A stretch of DNA of 58,291 bases, filler included, from Sphacelaria rigidula (Eukaryota): NCBI GenBank assembly GCA_964200075.2. It is 10 parts of 10 records of this genome, joined end to end, with 100 filler letters (N's around TTAATTAATTAA, not from the genome) between each part and the next. Parts side by side here need not be neighbours in the genome. Positions count along the whole stretch, not along the records: positions 46,714 to 52,452 come from CAXNAA020024836.1; positions 52,553 to 58,291 come from CAXNAA020024837.1; 8 more parts are not named here. One strand, 5' to 3'. A model generated the notes under the pieces. The model saw only the letters and a list, made by a program, of their open reading frames with translations. It did no database searches and was not told the DNA's origin. The translations under genes were made by a program, and so were the position numbers. This document shows, one piece after another, positions 48,470-58,291 of this stretch; the first letter of the stretch is position 1, and every line of letters begins with the position of its first letter.

Positions 48470-49286
48470 CCCAAACCTAGCGTTTGTGTTTTGAAACTTT
48501 GTGTGGGACCTCGCTTGGTCGTGATGAACCAAGAAAATGGATCAGGTTGGTTTCAATTTACTTTTTTGCTAGTCTAGGGCTTTTTAGTATGGTAATAATC
48601 GTTTTTCACGAGAACGCCCGAACCTCTCCCACCCCCCCGAAATGAGGGCACATTTGTTTTTTACTCAGCATACCTTTGTCGTTCTCCATGCCAAGTTTCA
48701 AATCACAATTATAAAAATTAAGCTCAAAAGTTGTGATGAGGCCCAAGAGCAACGTTCATTTCTCCTCAACACTCCCCAAAAACACGAAAAAATTAAATAT
48801 AAATCTGTTCTTTCATTTCATCATGCACTAGCGATTCTCCATACCAAATTTCATAGCAAAACTCTCAAAAATTGAGACGCGATATCCAGATCAAGGGCAT
48901 GTAGAGCCTCTGCTCGTAATATATTGATTTTAGTATAGAAAATTATGCGCGCCATATATCGGGATGGATAACGAATTAGGCGAAGGTGAGAGTATCTGTC
49001 GTCTCCCCTTGCTCCAGAGAATGTCCACACCAAAATCCATCGTCATCCGCTAAATGCATCGATCGTGGGTTTCATAGAGATTTTAGTATAGGCGCTATCT
49101 CCCTTAGGTATAAGAATTACTAGACATGGAGTTTAATCAACGAGAAAATATGGGCCCAAACTTTTGAGCAGATGGGCACCTTCCCCTTGATAAGAAGACG
49201 ATATGCCGATCACGGCCCAGCTCGTCGGTGTCGATGAGATATCGCTGTGAGGGCTTAAATCCGTTTCTGGGCTGGTCCAGGTCGTA
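48470..49286 (+). mobile_element. 5'-truncated copy of the mariner-like element
   Basis: Aligns with 24840-25547; ends AAATCC...GGCTGGTCCAGGTCG|TA. Confidence 0.8.
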
Positions 49287-51393
49287 CTTTCTTGGAGCGT
49301 TCACGTCGTTTCACGCCGTAAAAGAGAGCTAGGGGGAGCTTGACACCTCGGAATTACTTTCTCTACTAGTTGAGGCGGTTCAAGGACATCTTCTCGCTCT
49401 ACTGGTGGCCATAGTTCTTCTGTTTTTATTTTGGCCAGACAAGTGTTTGTCTAAGAACGGTCAAGAGGCATTTCCTCCCTTTTCGCAAGCTCCGTTTGAC
49501 AGGGGATTGGCCCCATAACGACCAGTTCTGAGTCCTCGCGGAAAGCAGTTTTGAGGAGATTGGACCCCAGATCTGCACGCAGGTTCAGAAATGCGGCGGG
49601 TCATGATGTGGCCGTGAGTCCAAGGTCCGTGTAATGCCACAGACAAAACGCAACAAGGCAACATAACACCTACACACCCAGCCTCGAAAAAACACGCACA
49701 GACATCCACCATTCACGCGCGTTACTTCCACCGCTAGCCCTTGCTAATCTACACACGGCAGTCTTCGTTGGACGGAAATCCGTTCAGTATTGGGCGGATG
49801 GCGGCCGCGTTCGTATCAAAAACAAGCAAAAACGTGTCGTCGCTGCCTGTTGCGAAAGCGTGTGCTGTCCGCTCGTCTCACACGAGTCATCATTTCTCAA
49901 CGAATAATGAACAGATTTGAGCAAGGTCACGCACAACGTGCACAGCTGAGGAACAGCTACGGCTTGAGCTGTGTGTTTTTGGTATGCGGAGTCACGAAGT
50001 TTCTCAGGTTCAGCTCTGATTGTGCTTGTTTGCGTGGTAAGCCTTCGCCTGTGCCCCTGTCAACCGGACATGTATGTTCCCCTCCGAGGTTACCGGAAAT
50101 TCCTTTTGAAAAGGGGGTTTCATCAGCAAGGGTTTTTGCACTTCCTGAAATCCCCTCAGAAAAAAAGGATTTCTGTGCACGTTACAAGAGATGACAACAT
50201 ACACACATAAACGAACAACAGTGGCATTTCTTCGACGGCGCTGCACCGGTGTTCAGAGGTACACGCAGTATGCGCATTGTTTACCATGACTGCAGCTGCT
50301 GTCACAAAACAATGCAACGGTCACGGGGAGTCTCCGTACTCTGCTTCCTCCTCACGAATAAGCTCGGGACCTGGTACCAGACGCCGCAAGATACGATTTC
50401 ACGTCCGCACTACCTCAAGGTACTCTTCTTTCGGTTTATTTAGCTGCGTACCGCATCCAAGGTGTTGATATGATGGACGACGAATACCCACCTGCTGCAC
50501 GTTATACTCAAGCATCTTGGTCTCCATGCATCGAGCAAAATGTATTTCGTCGGTGCCGTAACGAGCGAGATATGAACGCAAACCTTGAAACCTTGCCCAT
50601 CTACTCAGTAGAGTCGGCAGTGGACTTTAGTGTCGTAGCTTTACAGAAGATAAAATATACATTGGCAGCGGTCCGTAAAAATACCTCGTTACACCGTCGA
50701 CGTAAGCCTTGCGAACGGAGTCTACGATGCCCGAGATGTCCTCGACGGCGGTGTCGCTAGCCGTGACCATGCTTCAATACACTTCTTACTGGTACGTCAA
50801 CTCAGCAGAGATTGGTGTAATGGCAGCACGGTAGATAGTCAGACTGAGCTTTCCTGTATTATTACAATAGTTGAGCAAAAAAACCCGCCTGAGGCCCGAG
50901 TGACATGGTCATTTTTTATCCTGTTGTGGCTAAATTTGTGGTGACATAGACAGGCAGCATAATGGGATATTTGTCGGGAGAAAGTTACTATACAAGATTT
51001 ACAACAACGTTCCGTCCAGAAAATGTAAAACATAAACTTCATGCCCTCAAAAGAGGTGGCTTTGTTTCATAGCCGATTAGTGACGAGGGTAAACTCGATC
51101 GACTCCTTGGTCGCGAGTCTGAGAATACGTCCGTGCAGCAGCAAAAAGGTGTGAGACGTTCCGTATATTAGTCCGATCTCTCGAAGCCGTGGTCACAGAT
51201 ATCACGACCTAAATCAAATCGACATCCGACATTACATTTTACAGTAGGGCACTGATAGTCGTCACTCCCTCAAGCGAAAGATAGGGCTTTCAACTTGAAT
51301 ATCGAGTGCAGTACTACAGGGGCCGCGTAAAATAGAAATCTAGGGGCTAGGTGCACCCGACTGAGACCGCAATATCATACCAGCCGTCAAGTG

Positions 51394-51914
51394 ATGAGGA
51401 TGATAGCAGTCGCTGTTCGAAAACATGCCCCGCAGAATCTCGTCGCAGTTTCAACCGCCGCAACTTCTAGAGGCGGAGCACCCCCTGTCCTTGCCGATAA
51501 TCACGTGGCGCACATTGTCAACAGCATCAGCAAAGATTATAAACATACTCGCGAAGTGAGGTGGCAACGACAATCGCGCATGTTGTTAACGTGCCGTTTG
51601 GTCGCTCGTCCCTACCACAGCTATGGCAGCGGCCGACAGCTGTCTTCGTCCAATAACATGAGCGGGCGCTGTAGCAGCAATAACCGGCGCAACCTCAGCG
51701 GTAGAAGTGGCGGCTACAGCAATAGCACCAGTCACGGTGACAACATGGTCGACCTGCGGAGCGATACCGTGACCCAACCCTGTAAGAAATTGAGGCAGGC
51801 CATGTCCTGGGCCGCCGTCGGCGACGATGTATTCGGAGAGGATCCCACAGTATCTAATTTGGAGACGTACGTTGCCATGTTACTTGGTAAGGAGGAGGGT
51901 ATCTTCGTACCCAG
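51394..51914 (+). CDS. ltaE: Low-specificity L-threonine aldolase (PLP-dependent, GLY1/LtaE family), first exon with N-terminal extension
   Basis: [11 protein letters not shown]...[19 protein letters not shown]...A.LLGKE.GIFVPS is the family's N-terminal signature; AG|GTGAGG donor. Confidence 0.93.
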
Positions 51915-52452
51915 GTGAGGAATGCGGTTGATGTGCTGATTGCACTTCACTCTTTCATAGTGTATAGTGTATCAACTACAGGTAATTAATAAACTTCCTT
52001 TGTCCCGGGGCTAGACGCCTCATTATTTCAAGCTCTGTCAAGGGAAAAAAATGAGAACAGAAAAGACCGACGGCAACTAGGCGTCTACTGATCATGCTAG
52101 TAAAATATCATTTTTTCGTACTAGTAATCTCACCAAAAAATGTATTCGTGAAGTGAAATGTATGCTTGATTTATGCTCGCATTTTCAACAAAATATCCTC
52201 GATTTATGCCTGCAACGTGAAATATGCTCGATTATCCCCGTTATATCCAACAAGTATGCCATTTTCGACCAGATACATACCTACCGATCACTATTCATTA
52301 TTACTATTATTATGTTCGTCACGTGAAATTTATGCTTGATTTATGCTCGCATTTTCAAAAAATTATGCATACGTCGGACGAGCACGAGCGTGACTCGTGG
52401 CACTCGCACTCGTTGGGCTGCTCGTTGGCCGTAAAAATAATAGGGTGAGCAC

Positions 52453-52552
52453 NNNNNNNNNNNNNNNNNNNNNNNNNNNNNNNNNNNNNNNNNNNNTTAA
52501 TTAATTAANNNNNNNNNNNNNNNNNNNNNNNNNNNNNNNNNNNNNNNNNNNN
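52453..52552. other. Artificial contig spacer
   Basis: N44-TTAATTAATTAA-N44. Confidence 0.98.
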
Positions 52553-53859
52553 CGAGTGACGGACAAATTGATGTACATGATGCACAAGTGCACGAAAACA
52601 CGATTGATTTCTGTGATATGCTGTCTGCTCACTATGGACCCACATACGTGTACCTCCCCTCCAAGGGTCGAAGCTCAAACAAGAGAGCGGCCCATGCACT
52701 GCGCCAAGTTGACAAAAAGTATCGGGCTTCCTCCTTCCTTTAAGGAAAACAAAGTGTGCCCCCCCTTCCAGACATGCATATCAGACTTCCGCAACATGCT
52801 GCAGTGGCATCGAGCATCTTTCGTTCCTGCCATGAACACAGAATTGATTTGAATAAAATGTATTCCCGACAACACCAGTTTGCCGAACGTTTTGATCCGC
52901 CCGCACCCTGTCTATGCGAGAAGGCTGAAATAATGGTACAGACCTCCTGCCTGTGAAAGAAACGCTTACTTCAGCGCCACAACCGCTTCTTCATTTCGAT
53001 AGACGTGCAAGCCTACAGCAACATACAGCAATAGCATCTGGATGAGCGCACAACGGGTGAAACAGCAAGCTGAGTGTAAGGTCTGGAGTTCGGGGTGTCC
53101 GATTGGTTTCGTCTCAATAATGACGGTGTATAGCACACGGGAAAAGTAGTGAGCAATCGCAAAACATAATCGTATGCCCTTGTCCCGGCATTATTTGCGC
53201 CGTCGTAATTTCAAGGCAAATGCAAGGATATCTGGCGTACACAACCCCAGAGGTTACTTGTTGCTTGATGTTCGCTAGATATGCATACGGAGTATTTCGC
53301 CGCGGGCGACACTCTCCTCGGAGCAACGACGGCGGCATGGAGATCTGAGGGACGCGAAGTTTTGGGTCATCATGTCGCGCGGTAGGTTGATGTTTGATTA
53401 TCCCCCACGAAACGAAACGACTGGCGGTTAGCGTTGAAACCCCCAAGGCAAAGCGCAACAGCACGAGTACAGTATTTACTGTACAGTCACGAACAAGGCA
53501 GGTTCAACTGAGCACCCAGGATCGAACACGGCGCCTCGCACACGGCAGGGAAGGATGGGGGAAAGCGAACGACATTTCAAACGGTTGAACCCCAACGAAT
53601 GAAGCGCAGGATACCTACACAGTAACGAAACTCTCCCTCGACATGAACCCCTGGGCATGCGGGAAAATAAGAGACATCTGCCAATTGTCGCCGTACCGCT
53701 CGATTTTTGAGTTGACACCTGAAAGATTCACTTCGATTAGTAAGTCGCGAAGACCTCACCGACATATTCAAAGTCTGACGAGGAGGGAGGGACAGGGGGC
53801 AGGGGGTTAGCCGACTTAGGGCCTTTATTTTCGACAAATACAAAAAATGGGAGAAGGTC

Positions 53860-54060
53860 TGAAATTACGGCAATCACCCAAATAAGGGCCGTTATTATTG
53901 ACACAGTTTTTTCGGAGATCGGCAAGACTTCAGCCATTTTCGCACTTGGCGCTCGGCGTTCTCCGAAAATGAAGCGGCTAGATTTTTTCGCCAAGCCTTC
54001 ACGTTTGGGGAACGCCGAATATTTCGGACTGCAGCGCAATACTCCGCCGAGCTGCCCTTG
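53860..54060 (+). repeat. Dispersed repeat homologous to ~23950-24150
   Basis: TT(T/C)TCGGAGAT..G...CTCGG..TTCTCCGAAAA...TTCA.GTTTGGGG...CCGAA.A.TTCGGACT is shared. Confidence 0.65.
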
Positions 54061-54914
54061 GCGCACGCCGTGGCGCTCGCAAGCATGCGAGAATCATCAA
54101 GAACCTTGCTAGTGACACCCTGGGCTATGTCGTAGAGTAAGAATCAGCGCGGGTTGGCGATATATATCTCTCTATACGGTGTGTGCCCCGGCAGCGGTGT
54201 CAGGTTGGGGTCAAGCACGGTGGTCGTCGTTTGCATACATACGCACTTTCGAAGTGAAGAGCAGAAACAGTCCAGTAGCCAACTACTTGCCCGCAGTGCT
54301 GCTACGCGTGTACGCTACCGCACCGTCTGAAAACTAGTGTGTAGCTGGTGGTTTAATTGGGTGTATCTGTGCATACAATCACAGAAAGCAAGCATGCTGC
54401 AATCTATGCACGGGGCTTTTTACAGTCGGTATTTTTACTCGGGTGTGTTGCTGCAGCATCCGAGAAAGCCGGTCGATCACGCCCTAGCCTGTCCTGTCCG
54501 ACTGACTGCCTCCCCGTGTCACAGAGAGGTTGTGAGAAACATGTCTACCACAGTTAGGAACGCCATACTCGGGCAGGTAGCATAGCCCTGTACTTTATTT
54601 TGCCGGCAAAGGCAAGCAAACAACGAGATTAGCACCATCTGTAATGAGATGTCTAACAGCAACAACAGTAGTAGATCTACGTACTGTAATAATGGGCCTT
54701 CATCTCCTACAGTATTAATTCTTCGTAGTAGAGCAATGCCACGGTAGGGGTGCACTTTTTGCGCAATATCTTGTCCGCTTCAGGGGCTCCTGACGATTCT
54801 AGATTCACAAGAGAATGGGTCAGGGCATCCCCGTCTGCAAATTCATTCGGCATATCCCCAGTACATTAAAATATTAATACTGGCGTACTCTCACATATTC
54901 CATAAGTCAACAAC

Positions 54915-55185
54915 GTTTTCGTGAGATTGAGAGTAGAGCGCTGAATGAGAGTAGCTTTGATAATTCGCTGTAACTTGGCCAAAATTTCATTTTGTGTGTG
55001 CTTTTCTTTGCCTCCATCACTGGTGCGTGTGCGTACAGCTACACGTTGATGTCCTACTCAGAGATATCAAACGCCTCAGTGGCAAGCTACTACGGAAAGC
55101 ATATTTGGCCTCGGGGAGGGGCATTTCGGAACTGGAACGATTCATTCACCGATTGACCGCGTTTCACTCTCAATCTCACGAAAAC
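54915..55185 (+). mobile_element. GTTTTCGTGAGAT-TIR MITE
   Basis: GTTTTCGTGAGATTGAGAGT...ACTCTCAATCTCACGAAAAC. Confidence 0.85.
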
Positions 55186-56741
55186 ACTGACTCTGATAGT
55201 CGTGTTTTGGATGAGATAAAGGGCTCGTAACAATTCAACAATTCTAACCTCGGGGAATATTTGCGCACCCCTAGAGGAGCGTCACTCGGTAACAAATTCC
55301 AGATCCCTACTCTCAAAATTGAGCGGAGCCGGAACGATTCAGAAACCAGCCCGATCGATATTCGGAACAGTATTTCGCAGGTCACACACCGGCCCAGCCA
55401 AAGGGTATGACTCTAGCATAGGGTGTGTACTTGATTCTCCTGTATAAATACTTAGATGAACATATATATATATATAGATATCAATGCTGTGATGGCATGT
55501 ACTCGCGTTTTGGGAGCTAGAGTATGACAAATTGTACGGGGCATGAACAACAGTTTGGCCGATGGGTGTCACCGACTGCAGCCGCCAGCACAGTAGTTAC
55601 AGCCGACGAAGGACCACAAGGAGCGAGAAGAGACAACTTCACTACGTTTGCAAGCATCTGAGCAAATAGAATCTCCTTGTTTCATCCGGTGAGTGGCAAG
55701 GTCGATGTTCCCAGTGGCAGGTGTGCACTTTACAGGCAGCAGTCGGCACCCGCATGCCCTCGCCAAGAAGCGAGTGCGTCCGAGACCCTTTGATGTATCC
55801 TCTGCAGCGCCTGTGCCGTCGCGTCCATCATATAGTTGGCCGGCGCTATGCAAAATTTGGGGTCAATCGACCGGTGTGGTATCGATAACGGCGTGTAATC
55901 TTGGCCTCAACCCCTCCAGGATCTTGCGGCATGATCCACGACCCTGCCAGACCTGTGAAACGAGACCCCATTTTCGCTTGTTCACACATGAGAGAAGTAC
56001 CGCCCCTCTTCGTGCTGTACAATCGTGGTAAATGGTGACTACATTATTTTTTTCACACTTGATGTACTTGTCGATTGAGTATCGCAAAGCATGTATGCTT
56101 GCTGTATCGCGAACGGTTTGTATTTGTTGGGGTCCAGATGCCCGTTTATCATGTAGTACGGTACTGTGCTGCACTGTACTGTTCTGTAGTGTACTGTTTT
56201 TTTATTGTTCTCAAGCACCCTCGGATGAGCACGAAATTGGCACCGAGGCTTCGCCAACTGTGCGCGACATCACCTGCACTCTCCTTCTATTGTAAAACTC
56301 ATCCGCACGGAGGATAGCAACACCCCACGATAGACGGCTCACTTTCGCGTTCGGATGAAACTCCGTGCACCGCACCTCTCATCTCGGCCGGTCGACGCAG
56401 GGAGCATAGGTTGGACTCCTATTGGCATGTCGGGCATGGATTCTCAGGCGCTCAGGCGGCTGGCACCGCCTCTGTCAACTCCGTGTGTTTTGAGGTAAGG
56501 TGGTGAAAAGTTTAAGCGAGTGCGTGGCTCGTGCATCCGATCATCACATGTCTTGTCATCGTCTTTTTGGCATCTATAAAGCAGCGAAAATAAAGACTCG
56601 TGTCGCCGCAGATGAATGGCGTCGTGACTCCCCTTTACTCTCCCCGCCGGCCCCAGCAGGCGGATGAAATGTGCGAAGAAGACCTGTACACAAGCAATAA
56701 GTTGACTCACATGCGTTTGATTACGCTCGTTGCGATATAAC

Positions 56742-56820
56742 TGATTTGATTGATTGATCGATTGCCGCACTTTAACACACCCCCCTGGGATCCAGCCGTG
56801 GTCACATGGTAAACGTACCG
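56742..56820 (-). repeat. Non-LTR-like 3' tail with (CAAT)n
   Basis: On the minus strand reads GACCACGGCTGGATCCCAGGGGGGTGTGTTAAAGTGCGGCAATCGATCAATCAATC. Confidence 0.65.
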
Positions 56821-57099
56821 AAGGCAAAACAAAACTGATACACTCGCTGAAGAAAAAGAAGGAACAGAAAAGTCGAACAGATCGGCATAGCAGACTAAGA
56901 CAAGAAAAAACGAATAAAAAGTCAAGAAAAGTAAAGCACAGATATAAATGAGCGTTCTAAACCTAAAAATAAATGAAGAAAACAACAGAATAAGAAAGGA
57001 AAGAAAAGAAAAAAGCAACAAAACAGAAAATACAAGAAAAGAAAAGCCTAAGGGATTTAGTGCAGCAGAGTAAATGCAGTCACACACCTGAGGTCTTAA

Positions 57100-57220
57100 T
57101 TTTACAGTGTTGACCGGCGGCACCAGTATCGGCTTAGTAACTTGAAACGGGAGAGCAGACCACGGCTGGACCCCGGGGGGGTCAGTTAAAGTGCGACAAT
57201 AAAAAAAATCATAAAAAAAA
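57100..57220 (+). repeat. Non-LTR-like 3' tail ending in an A-rich tract
   Basis: GACCACGGCTGGACCCCGGGGGGTCAGTTAAAGTGCGACAAT then an A-rich run. Confidence 0.65.
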
Positions 57221-57925
57221 TACCAGTAGATACATTTTCCAACGACCTGAGACAGATTGCACAACGCTGTCGATAGTTTTCCACTATCTGAGATACACGT
57301 CGCACCTCGGCTGTACTTTTTTTTTCAGTACCAACTATAACGCGAAACTGTGTGAACTCTTGAGGTATTTGAAACGTGAAAACAGTGTGAATAATCCGTG
57401 TTTTGCAACACGGAAGATGGCTACGTTTATGGAAGAACTTGGCAGTGGGTACCGTCTGCATGTGGGTCATTTGGAATCTCACCGCCAACCCCAACACTGG
57501 AGAACATAAGGAAAAATACAGTTAATCTTATTTTGGCGCGTCGGACACCCCGGCATCGACGGGGACAACATGTGACGAAGGCACGCACGACGTCATATTT
57601 GACGGTCGTTTCCCGCTGCATGCATGTTCGTCTGGCACCTGCCGAGACAGGGGTTCATGGCGGTGCTGTACGGTTCAGTGAGGGGATGACGAAGTGTGGA
57701 GTGCCGTCATGTACTGTTACAAAACAGCCATTAGTCGTATGTGCGGACGACACAGTACTATGGACCTAACAAATCCCTCCGTAAGTATGGACGGCAGTGG
57801 GAGAAGTGATCTTCACGGCAGCATCGTTATGTAAATGTTTCTCGCTGCAACCCACTCCGAAGCCTACCACTAAGCAGCCGGGGTTCCACCTCCCTCCATG
57901 TTTCTGCTGCGTATGCAATCGCCAG

Positions 57926-58067
57926 TCTCTCATGGACAGTGGCACCGACGAAGACGCTGTCGAAGAATTGAGTGCCACTGTCCGCGAGCTCTACCTTACG
58001 GGAGAGTCAGCGGACGGTACATCCCCTGCACCAAACGTTGCCGCACCGTTGGCGGGGCGTGCATCAG
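57926..58067 (+). CDS. Probable internal exon, hypothetical protein
   Basis: CGCCAG acceptor, CAG|GTAATA donor; SLMDSGTDEDAVEELSATVRELYLTGESADGTSPAPNVAAPLAGRAS. Confidence 0.5.
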
Positions 58068-58291
58068 GTAATATTCACAGCACTCGGAAAACTGCTGTGT
58101 ATCACATGGTGTCGTTGCTGCCGTCGTCTTATACGGTGAACGATGGAGTAGTTTATGCTGGGTGATGCTTCGGTAGGGGTACACGAATATTTTCTGAGGT
58201 TACAATTGTTAGGAGCCCTTTATCTCATCCGAAACACGACTCAGGAAAATATGCGAGAGTATGCCAGGATTACTATTCCAATGTGCTGGGG

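Noticed and set aside
56761..57200. Apparent 440-bp MITE with ~43-bp TIRs
   Set aside because: The same sequence occurs singly elsewhere (47728) and ends in simple-repeat or A-rich tails; two oppositely oriented retroposon tails explain it better.
1..58291. Functional linkage among SBNO, RPAP1, threonine aldolase and the Cys-rich gene; most 60-150-aa ORFs in the track
   Set aside because: The genes are on separate contigs. The short ORFs fall in introns, repeats or antisense to real exons and have no supporting motifs.

Overview
This is eukaryotic nuclear DNA, most likely from a brown alga (Phaeophyceae). That assignment is inferred from short exons in kb-scale GT-AG introns, (TTAGGG)n, and the protein and repeat content. 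The window is not one locus: it is ten unrelated contigs (5740 bp, then nine of 5739 bp) joined by nine artificial 100-bp spacers (N44-TTAATTAATTAA-N44), so adjacency across spacers means nothing. Recognisable gene pieces are four spliced exons of a strawberry notch (SBNO/FGT1) helicase-like gene, the last two exons of RPAP1/MINIYO, the first exon of an L-threonine aldolase, one Cys-rich secreted-type exon, and a few isolated exons of unknown product. The rest is repeat-rich: a decayed Ty3/Gypsy LTR element with no recognisable RT/RNase H, several MITE families (piggyBac-like TTAA, mariner-like TA, a 4-bp-TSD family), CACAC/CGCAC-ended TIR elements with subterminal repeats, a tRNA-derived SINE cluster, non-LTR 3' tails, and microsatellites. 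I found no clear new multi-gene system. The best leads are an unclassified high-copy multi-hairpin element anchored to poly-C tracts, TSD-less CACAC/CGCAC TIR elements, hairpins whose arms co-vary between copies, and a Cys module split by an acidic RRML/GKR-containing insert. All homology calls are from motif recall, not database searches.
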